A stretch of 61,199 nucleotides of DNA, counting the filler, from Globobulimina sp. (Eukaryota), in assembly GCA_003354225.1 (NCBI GenBank). It is 16 parts of 16 records of this genome, joined end to end, with 100 filler letters (N's around TTAATTAATTAA, not from the genome) between each part and the next. Parts side by side here need not be neighbours in the genome. Positions count along the whole stretch, not along the records: positions 45,987 to 49,715 come from PIVH01002187.1; positions 49,816 to 53,544 come from PIVH01002188.1; positions 53,645 to 57,372 come from PIVH01002189.1; positions 57,473 to 61,199 come from PIVH01002190.1; 12 more parts are not named here. One strand, given 5' to 3'. The translations under genes and the position numbers were made by a program. The notes below the pieces were generated by a model. That model made no database searches. It saw only the letters and a program-made list of their open reading frames with translations, and was not told where the DNA came from. Below are positions 48,294-60,134 of this stretch, piece by piece. Every line of letters starts with the position of its first letter. Position 1 is the first letter of the stretch.

Positions 48294-49715
48294 ATGGCAA
48301 CAACAAAAAGAACCCCAACAGCCAATTCATATAAATGCAAAGAGCCTATTAATAGACCGCTGCCTGGCTTGCCAAGCCTTACTCTAAAAACAACAAATAG
48401 CAATCGAAATAAACGCAATTGCCACATCAACAATACATGTTATACCAATTATAACACACTAAACACAGCATACGGATGCCAAGTATTAAATAATTATAAT
48501 TCCAAGAGTTGTCTCAACCTAACAAATAAAAACATGACAAATAAACGTAATAAAGGCAGAAGAGTTGTCTCAAAGTATACACATACCGCACAGTTGCAAA
48601 GTATAACAAAAATGACTCCAAATATATTAAATAAAAACAAAGCATCAAATGACAATAGACTCCACAAAAGAAGAAGTAACACATTTGGTTTTGGCTTGAG
48701 ACAATCAATATATTCAGTATCAGCAGTGCCATTTGATACACCTACACATGAAAATTGTGATGCATATGATTTATCACTGTCAATAGCACCTGGTCTGCTC
48801 ACAGGTACTGTATATTATATAATATCCATAATATCCACAATATATTATAATAAACATAATTAATATTATTAAATATTTAGGTGATGACAGCTATTGCGCT
48901 AAAAAAGAGACATTAATATCACCAAAATATTCAGCATCCATAATTGCTTCAAATCTACGAAACATTATTGCCGAAAAAGACGCAATTATTGCCGAGAAAA
49001 ACGCAATTATTGGCAAGTTAACTCAACAAATTATTGTCGAAAAGAAGCGTCATACGCAATCACACTCGCACTCGCACTCAATTGTTAAGTATATCATGTA
49101 TCTATTTATAGTATAATTATATATATAATACTTTTGTAACTCAAGGTGGTGAAATTTCAAACTGAGGTCGCTGGATTAAGTAATATTGTACGGGACCATT
49201 TTGCTTTTATTGACCAGCAATCTCTCAAAGTGGACAAAGAAATCGCCAGGTTACAGTCTAAAGTGTCATTAGAGAGCGCAAAAGAAAAGTCATTAAAACA
49301 AGAGAAAGATTTGCTGCGAGGAATATTGAGTTGGTCGAATATGAATATTTTTCTAAATGATATTATATTGATTGAGAATTTACTGAACTCGCTGTATAAA
49401 CCACTACAAGCAAAACAATCGCAGGCCAGACAACGTTTTGCAGAAAATATTAGTATTTATGAAAGAAAGCCCAAACCTATCTGTAAAGTTCAATCCTTTG
49501 TTGAATTATTATTTGCAGAATCTTTACACATCGGTCCATTTAAAAAATGGTTAAAGAAAGTTCAAAATGAGTGTAAAAAACAGAAAATTAAAATAAAACA
49601 TAGTTCTGGCGCCAAAGTTAAAAGTATCGAGAGAGCATTTTACAAAGCATTCTATGTTTATTCTGACGATAAAATGAAAGGATATGAACAAATGACTGAT
49701 GTTTTGCGATGTTCG
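48294..49715 (+). CDS. Spliced protein with coiled coil and the start of a RelA/SpoT-like nucleotidyltransferase region, 3' partial
   Basis: Exons about 48294-48803, 48881-49088, 49146-49715; VKSIERAFYK...MTDVLRCS. Confidence 0.55.
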
Positions 49716-50322
49716 NNNNNNNNNNNNNNNNNNNNNNNNNNNNNNNNNNNNNNNNNNNNTTAATTAATTAANNNNNNNNNNNNNNNNNNNNNNNNNNNNN
49801 NNNNNNNNNNNNNNNATATATGTCACCGCAGATTCAGTTGATTATTAATGGTATCCTCATCGCCTCGTGTCTGCTGGTTCATAATGGAAATGTGCTAAAT
49901 CTTCTTGGTTATGAGATATCTGAAAGGTGACATGCTTTCGAATGTTAGTCTTAGTCAATTGTCAGATTAACAATAATTTAATAAATTATCATGAAAAACA
50001 AACAAAAAAATAACAATTTTGTGTTTGTTGTGATGGAAATGCATATCATTTTTCATTATTTTTTCCTTCTAATCATCGCTTCCATCAAATTCACTCATAT
50101 TTAATTTTCTTATTCCAAATAATTCAATTTTCATCCTATCCTATCCAATTAATATAAATTATATTCTTTCTTATTACGTATCACCAAATACATTTTTATT
50201 ATTTAAATCCATATATTTAATAATAACAAGCCATTATACCCCGTAACTCCACAATTAGCATTCAACAAAGCTTCCATATGATTTCCTTCCGCCCCTTTTA
50301 TTATAATATTTTTTAATAGTTT

Positions 50323-50403
50323 GGATCGCATCAGGATTTGAACCTGAATCTTCTGGACATATCCATGCATTAAACACCAGTGCTCTTTTTGAGCTAAGCG
50401 ATA
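50323..50403 (-). pseudogene. tRNA-like element (degenerate; enlarged anticodon loop), related to 60980-61049
   Basis: TATCGCT-TA-GCTC-AAAAA-GAGC-A-CTGG...TCCAG-AAGAT-TCAGG-TTCAAAT-CCTGA-TGCGATC. Confidence 0.65.
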
Positions 50404-50610
50404 CTTAATTTTCCGTGTAGTGATCCAATCAGTTTTTGGTGTGTTTCCTTTTCTTTTTGGCATGTGTTTGAAAAGATTTTCAAAAATAAATATTGGTCCA
50501 TTCATTTATAAATGTAAAGTTTTTCAGTTTGCAAAGCAAAAAACCGGTCAATTTGCATTCAGCTAATTCTGTCAACAACAAACAGCTAAAAAAACGCAGT
50601 AAAGTCAAGT

Positions 50611-53529
50611 ATGTCTGAAGAGGAGTATAGAATGAGAGGAACCGGCAAAGCCAGTGATGACTATCAATCACAATTATCAGACTCTGATATTATAAAATTG
50701 GAGTTATTAAAAGGTTTAATTGCTAAACATGTCAACTTATCAGACTTAGAATTATCAGAATTAACCGGCTTCGCCAAAACGAAAATCCGTAAAATGAGAG
50801 AACCTCAATTGAATGAGGAGGAGGTGCCGTTATCATGGGATTATGTGTTGGCGTTCGATGTTGGCGACGATGCCGACCCGAAGAAATACGTGAAACCGAA
50901 GAAGAAAGACCTAAAAGCAAAGAAAGAAGACGACAACGACCCGGAATGGGAGAATGGAATGAGCCAAGCAAAATATTATGGGCAGATATTCAATAATTTC
51001 TGGCAGAGATTAGAAGCGGCCAAATTATCGGTGGAGGCCTACAAATCGCAAGAAAACAAAGTGGAAAAGCAAGAGAATGATGAGAATGAGAATGAGAATG
51101 AAGCAGAGGCAGCGGCAGAGGCAGAAGAAGAAGAAGTCAACGCCAAATCAGAGAGCATGTTTTTGATTGTCGGCATCACCGAATCTAATCTAAAGAAATG
51201 GGCCGATGACCGCGACACCGATCTATTAATTGACCCGAAAGGCGGTGTTATTGTTGGCAGAGAGAGAGACTTTGCATTGGCAAAACGAACCATTTTGGCC
51301 GAAAGGAAAGAAGAGGACAGAAAGGAAGAAGCGGAGCAAGAAAGAAAAGGGAACGAGACCTTAGATCTGACGAATTGGAGTTATTTATATGGCGAATATT
51401 CGCAATATGCGGACCAGAGAGTCTATAAACATTACAAACGTTTACCGGATAACGATTCGATTGAGACTGTGTTTGATGAACGGACGCGTTTACGAATTAT
51501 TTATGAATCGATCATTGCCGATACCAACGAAGGCGGCGCAGAGATTCGTATCGCCGACGATTTATTAAACAAAAAGCACCCATTAAAGGCGGTATTTCCT
51601 TTGCATAACGCGGCTGATTTGGAATATTTTAATCGCGAATGGATCAAAAGATTATCGCCAAGCGTTTGGATGTGGTGCCCATTGAGCAGAGTGAGGGACT
51701 ATTTTGGCGAACCGGTGGCATTTTATTTTGCATTCTTAGTATTTTACTTAAAATGGTTGATCTCGCCGGCAATCATTGGGTTAATCTTTTTTGTGTGGCA
51801 AGTGATAGCCGACGAGGTGGCGGTGACTGGCATCCCGTTTTTATGTTTTTTTATGATATTTTGGAGTGTGGCCTTCGTGGATTTCTGGGCCAGAGCGGAG
51901 GCGCGGTACCGGCTCATGTGGGGAATGACCAAATTTGAGCAAAAAGCGGTGGCGCGGCCCCAATTTAGCGGGCAGTGGCAACACGACAACGTCTCTGGTC
52001 TCTGGATCGAAGAGTTTTCCTTATTTCGTCGGGCCTGTCGCGCCTCGGCCATTTACACCTTTGTCTCGATCTGGGTCTCTTGCTGCGTCGTCTCGGTGAT
52101 ATTCATCTTATTGCAGAGGGACGAGAACCCCAACGATTTCATGTTGAAGATCATGTTGGGAGTGGCCAACGCTGTGATGATATTCGTGTTCGACATGATT
52201 TACAAAGTGGTGTCCCGCTACGGCAACGAATGGGAAAATCACAGAACAGAGCAAGACTTCCAAAATGCGATGATTTACAAATCGTTTTGCTTCAAATTCG
52301 TCAATTCCTTCGCGTCGCTCTTTTATTTAGGCTTTATCCGTCCCGGTCAAAATGGGCTGTATTATTATGTCCATTTTTATGACAAAGTGTGTCCGCCGGC
52401 CCCTGCCTTTATGGGTGAATTTTTAGGCAGCTATGATACGAGCGGCGCGCATCAAAACGACTATGCCTGGTACACTGACAATGTCTTACCGACCGACCCC
52501 GACTACGCGTTGTGTCTCGGCGGCGGCGATGAAGGCGATTTGAAGTGTATTGCATTGGTAGAAGACTCAGACAATCAGAACGAAGCCTGGCAAGTCGTGA
52601 CCGACGGCTTTTATCCCGACACCGCTTTCCAATGTCCATCCACTTCGTTACACGGCAATGCTGGCGATAATTTGCAGTATATCTCGGATGTCGACAGTAC
52701 GGATTATGGCAAATGTTATGGAGGCTGTGAATGGGCGCAAACGGCTTTAGAGCAAAATGAAGCGGTTTTGGACGAATTACGCATCCAATTATTAACATTA
52801 TTTTTGACTGCGATCGTGATCCAAAACACATTGGAAGTCGGCATACCTTTGTTATGTCAAAAAATCCGCGATTCGAAAGCAGCTCAATTGTCGAATGAAA
52901 AATCCATCGCCGAGGTCGAGTCTGAAAAGGACCGATATGAGAATACCATCGATGATATGAGCGAATTGATCATTCAGTTTGGTTATGTGACCTTATTTGT
53001 GATGGCCTTCCCATTGACGCCGTTGTTAGCCATCGTGAATAACATCATTGAGATGAAAGTGGACGCGACCAATTTGGTGGCCACCTCGCAACGACCGGAT
53101 CCCAACGGTTCCTTTGGCCTCGGCTCTTGGAATGGCGTCTTAGGCTTTTTTAGTGTGATTGCGGTGGCCACCAATGTCGGTTTAATTACGTGGCGCACCA
53201 AATTGGTGACAGTCTTACTTGGCTCGGATGCCTCCGCACAATGGATATTCTTCAGTGTTTTGAGTGTGGCGTTGGGCATTCTCGTTGGTGTCGAGAAGTG
53301 GGTGATTCCCGACGTTCCCATCCAAGTGGAACAAGCCATTGAGAGACAGCGTCGGGTTGAGTCTGTTTTGATTTTGGGGGCCAGCACTTTTGAGGAAGAT
53401 AAGAAACCCGATATTGAAGACGACGAAGATGCCATTCCATTTGATCCTTCTTTGGAATTTATTGATGTTAAAACTTTGCCCGATGTGCCATATAATTTAA
53501 AGAAAGGAAGAGATAATGAAACTGCTTAA
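50611..53529 (+). CDS. Anoctamin/TMEM16 family Ca2+-activated channel or scramblase (intronless)
   Basis: VFPLH, RDYFGEPVAFYFAFL, WENHRT, FKFVNSFASLFYLGF, ELIIQFGYVTLF..AFPL.PL, NNIIEMKVDA, G.W. Confidence 0.95.
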   Translation: MSEEEYRMRGTGKASDDYQSQLSDSDIIKLELLKGLIAKHVNLSDLELSELTGFAKTKIRKMREPQLNEEEVPLSWDYVLAFDVGDDADPKKYVKPKKKDLKAKKEDDNDPEWENGMSQAKYYGQIFNNFWQRLEAAKLSVEAYKSQENKVEKQENDENENENEAEAAAEAEEEEVNAKSESMFLIVGITESNLKKWADDRDTDLLIDPKGGVIVGRERDFALAKRTILAERKEEDRKEEAEQERKGNETLDLTNWSYLYGEYSQYADQRVYKHYKRLPDNDSIETVFDERTRLRIIYESIIADTNEGGAEIRIADDLLNKKHPLKAVFPLHNAADLEYFNREWIKRLSPSVWMWCPLSRVRDYFGEPVAFYFAFLVFYLKWLISPAIIGLIFFVWQVIADEVAVTGIPFLCFFMIFWSVAFVDFWARAEARYRLMWGMTKFEQKAVARPQFSGQWQHDNVSGLWIEEFSLFRRACRASAIYTFVSIWVSCCVVSVIFILLQRDENPNDFMLKIMLGVANAVMIFVFDMIYKVVSRYGNEWENHRTEQDFQNAMIYKSFCFKFVNSFASLFYLGFIRPGQNGLYYYVHFYDKVCPPAPAFMGEFLGSYDTSGAHQNDYAWYTDNVLPTDPDYALCLGGGDEGDLKCIALVEDSDNQNEAWQVVTDGFYPDTAFQCPSTSLHGNAGDNLQYISDVDSTDYGKCYGGCEWAQTALEQNEAVLDELRIQLLTLFLTAIVIQNTLEVGIPLLCQKIRDSKAAQLSNEKSIAEVESEKDRYENTIDDMSELIIQFGYVTLFVMAFPLTPLLAIVNNIIEMKVDATNLVATSQRPDPNGSFGLGSWNGVLGFFSVIAVATNVGLITWRTKLVTVLLGSDASAQWIFFSVLSVALGILVGVEKWVIPDVPIQVEQAIERQRRVESVLILGASTFEEDKKPDIEDDEDAIPFDPSLEFIDVKTLPDVPYNLKKGRDNETA

Positions 53530-53644
53530 CTCAATTTAAATACANNNNNNNNNNNNNNNNNNNNNNNNNNNNNNNNNNNNNNNNNNNNTTAATTAATTAA
53601 NNNNNNNNNNNNNNNNNNNNNNNNNNNNNNNNNNNNNNNNNNNN

Positions 53645-54922
53645 AAATACCTATGTTGGAGATGAAGCACAAGCAAAACGAGGCATTCTTACTTTGCAAC
53701 ATCCCATAAAATATGGAATTGTCGAGAATTGGGATGATGCAGTATGTATTTATACAATTATTCAATTTAAACCCAAACAACTCAGCAAACAAAAACAACA
53801 AAGGAACAAATGTGGCATCACTCATTCTACAATGAACTGTGCTGTGCTCCGGAAGACCATAATGTTTTATGTACGGAAAGCCCATTAAACCCCAAAGCAA
53901 ACAGAGAAAAAACGACTGAGATTTTCTTTGAAACTTTCTATGTTCCACGTTTTTATATCGCAAACAGCTCTGTTTTGGGGTTGTACGCTTCGGGCCGGAT
54001 AACTGGAGTTGTTTTGGATTCTGGCTATTCTGTAACTACATCGGTGCCTATATTTGAAGGGTATGCTTTGCCAATGGCCATAAGAAGGGAATATTTTGGG
54101 GGTCGAGATATCTCTCAATATTTAACAAAGTTATTGCATGATGCTGGCTATGCATTGAATAGCAGCGCAGAAAGAGAAATGGTGACTGATATTAAGGTAG
54201 TTTTGCAAATAATGGAATTGTATATATATAATTAATAATATTATCCACTATTTTCGGAACTGCCTTAATTATATCAGCAAAAATGGGGTTACATTGCATT
54301 GAATTACGAACGTGAAATGGCGGATTGTGAGAGGAGGAAATGTGTGGAACAAGAATATGAATTACCTGATGGACAGCGACTGATGTTGAATGGGGAGAGA
54401 TTGCAATGTATGGAGTGTTTATTTAAACCATGGTTTGTTGGATTGTATGAAGGCGATGGTGTTCATAAAATGGTCTATGATTCGATAATGAAATGTGATG
54501 TGGAGATAAGACCGGATTTATTTAGTAATATTGTGTTATGTGGAGGCAACACAGCGGTGCATGGAATTGATGATAGATTATGCAAAGAATTACGATGTCT
54601 GACAAGGAGTGATAAAATAAGGAATATTGGAATTATTGGAGATGATAAGAAATATTATGATTTGGTGAACGGATTTATACGGATTAATGGGAATGGCCTA
54701 TATGTTTGTGATGATATTTGTGATTTGGTTTATGAAATATTTAATGATCATTCCAGTTTAAATAATGATGACGCATTAAATGAGAAACTGAAGGAAAGAG
54801 CGTGTAATTCGTGGACTGGCGGATCTATATTATCCTCGTTGGCAACTTTCGAGGAAATGTGGATCAGAAAAGAAGAATTTGAGGAATCAGGAGCTCAGAT
54901 TGTTCATCGTAAATGTACATGA
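53645..54922 (+). CDS. Divergent actin / actin-related protein, 5' partial; introns 53742-53803 and 54197-54278
   Basis: [73 protein letters not shown]. Confidence 0.92.
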
Positions 54923-55246
54923 ATATAATTATATATATGGATTAATGCAACGCTTTCTCATTGGTTTATTGCTGTTTATCCTTTCAATTTTGGATTCTTT
55001 ATGTACATAGCAAATAGCAATTGGTTGTTGATTGAATATGATAGACCAATGAATGTGTGTTGTATTGTCTGTGTAAATTATGATTTTTGTCAGTACATTA
55101 TGATTTTTGCATTGCAGCCACTAGATGATGTTTTTCTCTTTTTCGAAATAATTGCAACCTCAGGCTGCATATGAGAATGTTGTTATTGTCTGTGTAAAGA
55201 TGTTGGAGTTACAACATCGGATCAAAAGCTACATTATGTCATAGTG

Positions 55247-56496
55247 TTAGGATTTTGAGGTCAAATAATCAAAAAAACCTATCCAATTTGCCTTTTTTAA
55301 TTTTTCGCAATGTATTTTATGTTGATTCCAATCATTACGTTGACATTGAACGGAACAGTAATAAACATGTTTACATGCACTACATTTTATTGTTCCTACA
55401 TTCTCTTTACAAACACCGCATGTCGTTCTCCATTTTTCAACCAATTTTAAAGATAAATGTGCTCCATTTTGATAACTATTTCTATAATATTTTGGTTTGA
55501 TTTTCCCGTTTGAATCAACTGAATCAGCATATATTGCAATTCTCCCATCTCCATCATGATCGCTCCAGTTCCATGTCGGGGAAACAGCTGTTATCTCTCC
55601 CAAATTAATAAATTTCTTGGCCTGTAGTAATAGAAATTGTTCTTGCCAATAAAGTCCGTATACACATTAAAAATAATATGCATTTTGCTTAACTATAATT
55701 AAAATCGAACCACCTGAATTCTGACATGCTCCATTGCAAGAAATATATCCTTTATTTATGAATGTATTACATTTAATTGCAATCGTTCCCCCTCCTCGAT
55801 TTGTACTCATTGAGGTTCCTGAGCCATGATATAATTCACTCAGTCGCTCATTGCCATATATCTCACATTGACTGCTACCTTTAGTACCATATGATGCCCA
55901 GCCAGGATTACCATCAGTTATTGTAATTGAGCTTATTGAGGCATATCCCGGACCATTCCATCCGTAATATCCACTTTCATCTGCAGTGATGGTCCCGTTA
56001 TTAATTATTTGATTACCTACAATTACAATACATCCACCTTTAGGATTACGACATGAATCGATATCACACAAAGACCTCGACCAACTATCAGTTGATACCG
56101 TGGTAAATCTACTAATTCTTAGACTGTTGCTTGATTGCAATTGCGTTACATTTAATATCTCACCACTTTTAAATGCAACATCTCTATCAACGTCAATGGC
56201 CTTTTTAGTATTAATTTAAAATATAATGTTTTTGATAAAATATAATGTATACAAAAGAAACATACATTATAGAATGAGATAATTAAATTTGTGATTTCAT
56301 GTGGTTTTGAAGAATGTTTCATCTCTCTAATAAATCCAGATACAGTCATTACATTCATTCTATTTAGGTTTTGTATGGATGCTACATTCAGATCTTTTAA
56401 TTCTTGTACAATATCTAATTTTAATTCTTGTAAAATATCAACTTCGTTTTCAACATCACCCAATCCCGTCATCGGAAATTTTAAAATGATCACCAA
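55247..56496 (-). CDS. Multi-exon gene or gene fragments: GFIR-motif region, Gly-rich region and C-terminal MYND zinc finger
   Basis: CGVC......KCSACKHVYYCSVQCQRNDWNQHKIHC (MYND); linkage of ORFs 55247-55603, 55667-56140 and 56152-56496 is inferred. Confidence 0.65.
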
Positions 56497-56949
56497 TCAC
56501 ATGTTTCATTATTAATAATATACGTTTAATAATGTATGAACATTTCTCATTGTTGGTATTACACCAATTATATCTGCCGGCGCCGCCATCTCCAATTTTC
56601 ACTACAAATGGCTCATTGCAATCCAATCGGAATAGATCCGATGTTTCCGTGTAACCAAAACAATATTTTTCTAGTTCCGTGGCAAATAACAAGCGTTGGT
56701 TTGCCTAGTTTGCTGAATTTGCACAGTGTTGAATTCGCGCAGAAACGTGTTATTTGTCACAGAACCTTGATTCTCTTTTGCCACCAAACCATTGGCATGG
56801 ATCAATTGTAATATACTACCAAAGTGTGGGAGGGTCAATCGATAATTCCATGGCCAATATAGGCAAAGGCTCATGGCTTAATTCTTAAAATTTGAAACAA
56901 CAAAACTTTAACTTGAGTAGAATAATCATCTGTCTTTTGCCAAGAAAAT

Positions 56950-57372
56950 ATGGATTACACTAATCCAAAATCACAATCATCAAAACCAAAGAAAAAAAAA
57001 CCCACAAAATGTTCATGGTGTGAACGTAAACGAGAACGTAATGATTTATGTAACGTATGTCGTCAAAAAGTAGAATCCCGCGCCCGTCGCCTCATGGAGC
57101 AAAAACTCGAAGGCGATATGGAAGTGATTCAGAAAGTTAGTCCTTTTCAAAACATCCAACCGTTTTTGTTTAATATCAAACCAAACCGCTTTTATATACA
57201 TATACATACATTAAATTAACATACAATATACGCAGGTAATGAGATATTTAAATCAAAACATCCAACCCACGCAATTGAGCAACACACAAATAATGTCGTT
57301 GATTTTAGAATGTTTCCCTTTTCTCGTATGTACGTATATACTGGCCGCACTCTGAAACAACAACGCACAAAA
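56950..57372 (+). CDS. Hypothetical protein with CxxC...CxxC, spliced, 3' partial
   Basis: CSWC...CNVC; GT at about 57136 and AG at about 57235. Confidence 0.45.
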
Positions 57373-57757
57373 NNNNNNNNNNNNNNNNNNNNNNNNNNNN
57401 NNNNNNNNNNNNNNNNTTAATTAATTAANNNNNNNNNNNNNNNNNNNNNNNNNNNNNNNNNNNNNNNNNNNNGTATGCAAATCAGCAAATGTAAGCCAGT
57501 AAAGTCACAAGTGAATGCAAACTGTACATTTACAATTTGTTTTTCGTAAACCCAATGCAAACTGATGTATACAAATAGTTTATTTATGCAAACTGAATGT
57601 AAACTCAATTCAATGATTTCAATTTATTATATTTATAACACCAAAAACCGATGTAAAGAAACATTGAGATTAATTAGTTTTGAAAAAAAAAATACGAATT
57701 GAAAATCCTAAAACCAAAAACAAAACGATCTATTAATCAATATGCATTATGCACATC

Positions 57758-58288
57758 TCATTTCCCTGCAACAGCGTCACCAACAGACTGGCCACATTGC
57801 CAATGTTTAAAATAAACAACACACACAGCTTGAGCCAAAAAATACATCAATTGATATGAAACATTAAGCAATAATACAACTCTGTTTCCATTCGGATTAT
57901 GCGCATGTTTTACTACAGAAAGAGGCAAAGCAAATCCTAACCATAATAATGTACCTAACCATAACGCATCATTGGTCGTATTACATTCTGTTTTATCCGC
58001 TAAATGACCGACGACACAGCTCATCACTAAATAAACAGCCAATGTTGCAATCTGAATAATTGAGTTATACATGAAAAAAAATTTCAAGTGTATATATTTG
58101 TATGTATTCACCTTTGCTTTTTTTCCATCCTTAGCCATTTCTTTCATATCAACACCTTGTGCTTCACACCATACCTCACCAAAAATCGGACCATACCACA
58201 ACATTCCAAATACCATACTTAATAATAACGCAGTAATATACCCAACATTGCTCATTTGGCACACTGAATCTACGACGGTATCAAACAT
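57758..58288 (-). CDS. DUF1761-family small membrane protein; probable in-frame intron 58052-58111
   Basis: MVFGMLWYGPIFGEVW...G, LG.LLWLGF, LLLNVSYQL. Confidence 0.75.
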   Translation of the reverse strand: MFDTVVDSVCQMSNVGYITALLLSMVFGMLWYGPIFGEVWCEAQGVDMKEMAKDGKKAKVNTYKYIHLKFFFMYNSIIQIATLAVYLVMSCVVGHLADKTECNTTNDALWLGTLLWLGFALPLSVVKHAHNPNGNRVVLLLNVSYQLMYFLAQAVCVVYFKHWQCGQSVGDAVAGK

Positions 58289-58715
58289 GATATCTTAATC
58301 TATTTTTGTTCGGACACTGACTCAAAAAATATGAATGATGCTTTCAATTAAAAAACTTTTCACAAAATTTTCAGTCACACTTAAGTTGACTAGCTTACTT
58401 CGTTAAAACCTTAAAATCACTGTTATCACCTCACAAACGACAAATTTTTAGTTTTCTGGCTGTCCACCTGTGCAAATAAATTCAATGCAACCTACAATAT
58501 CACCAACGCATATACCTATCGCACAACCAACGGATTTGACATTATATTGTTTCTATTTGTCCATATTATATCTGCAAATGAATGGTATTTGCAGCACAAT
58601 TGGTAGTTTTGGTACAAAGACGATTGATCAGTTCATGATCCTTTCAAAAGTTAACCCACTTTTGCTTTGTATAAAGTAGTAAGTTTTTTTTACTTTAGAT
58701 TTTTTTTCTTGGATC

Positions 58716-60134
58716 ATGTCCAGCACAGAAGAAGAAGATGAATATCACTCATCATCAGAAGAAGCATTACGAGTAATAAAAAAGAAACAGAAACCAAAGA
58801 AACACAGAAAACAACACATAAAAGACGTCGACCGGCACGCGAAAATTGAAGAAAACATTGAAAATCTGGTCAAACTATTCCTAGATTTACGATTCCAACA
58901 TACAAACATTCATGTTTAGCTTTCTCTATTTTTGATTTTCAAATCCACCAAAAACAAAGCAACTCACAATCAGCCAACAAAAGACCCGGCGATTATTTAT
59001 TTATGTCGTGTGTTTAAACATTTTCTGTTAAAAAAAGATCGCAAACTTTATTATAATCGAATGCTGCAAACATTAACGGACAATCACGAAGTGTCCAGTG
59101 CCTGCATTCTAAAATTAAGAAACATATTTAATGCGATTCCATCCGGTGGCTTTGAATATAAATCAAAGGACAAAGCAAAAAGAAGACTATCACGGTGTTG
59201 GTGGTTAAACGAAAATCATTTTGATTATGAATTCTCACTGAAACAAATAAAACGAACACGCGAGTTATTAAAATATGGCGCATTGCAATATGAGCATAAC
59301 AATGCAGATAACAATGCCTCTGAAAAAAAGAAAAAATGGCAATGGATTGGTGACGGTGTGTATGAGGAACAAGATAACATTACAAAATACAGTGCGATTA
59401 ACAACGGTGTGGATACATTTTATGTGAATGACATTATTCAAGCAAAGAGTGCCTTGGATATTGAGATGCGACCATGGATTGCGCGCATTATTCAGTTGCA
59501 TGAGGAGCATAATAATGGGCAGAAAAAAGTAATTTTGCGTTGGTTTTGGTTTTGGAATCAAATATTGAATGATTGCAAGGATGAAAATGAGATAAAAACA
59601 TTGGAAAAGAATGCAAGGAATGTGTTAGGACACAATGGCGGATATCCGCCGCGAGCATGTGATATATTTGAAGGTGTGGTGAACGCAGAAAAATGTATGG
59701 ATGAAAACCCGGTTGGTACAATGTTGAAAATTGTGCAGGTGACATGCAATGGTTTGGGTGGGAGATATAAGGAGTTATTGGACGGTGTCAATGTATTTGA
59801 ATGTAATTATTTTTTTGCGCCGAAAAACAAAATGTTTATTAAGAAAAAGGCAAAGGATTTGAGTGAGGATCAACAGAGATTGATGAAGCAATATAATAAT
59901 AATAATAATAATAATAATGCGGATATGTGTGAGGAGGAGAAAGAAAATGGAATGAATTCGAATGTTAAGAATAACCAAATGGAAATTGATGACGAGGATG
60001 ACTTAGATTTAGATTTGGGAGATATTGCTGGCGACAATGATGTTGGATTTACAATGTGCGGTAATGGCAAAAAAAAGGAAAAGGAAAATTTATCAGACAT
60101 TCAATCGGATAAATCTTTGGATGATACTCTATAA
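58716..60134 (+). CDS. BAH-domain nuclear protein (one intron between about 58869 and 58972)
   Basis: YSAI...VDTFYVND...PWIARIIQLHE......VILRWFW...DENPVGTM..IVQV...FECNYFF. Confidence 0.75.

Noticed and set aside
50203-50505. ORF with LMHGYV resembling the GFIR module
   Set aside because: It overlaps the tRNA-like element at 50323-50403 and is better explained as a chance translation
56456-56874. Short overlapping ORFs upstream of the MYND-linked region
   Set aside because: I could not build a consistent spliced frame, so they are left unannotated
3738-57472. Regular 3.83-kb periodicity with TTAATTAATTAA, suggesting uniform nanochromosomes or an array
   Set aside because: It is an artificial spacer between size-sorted contigs. 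ORF ends reading XXXLIN are linker artefacts, and no synteny can be inferred across spacers
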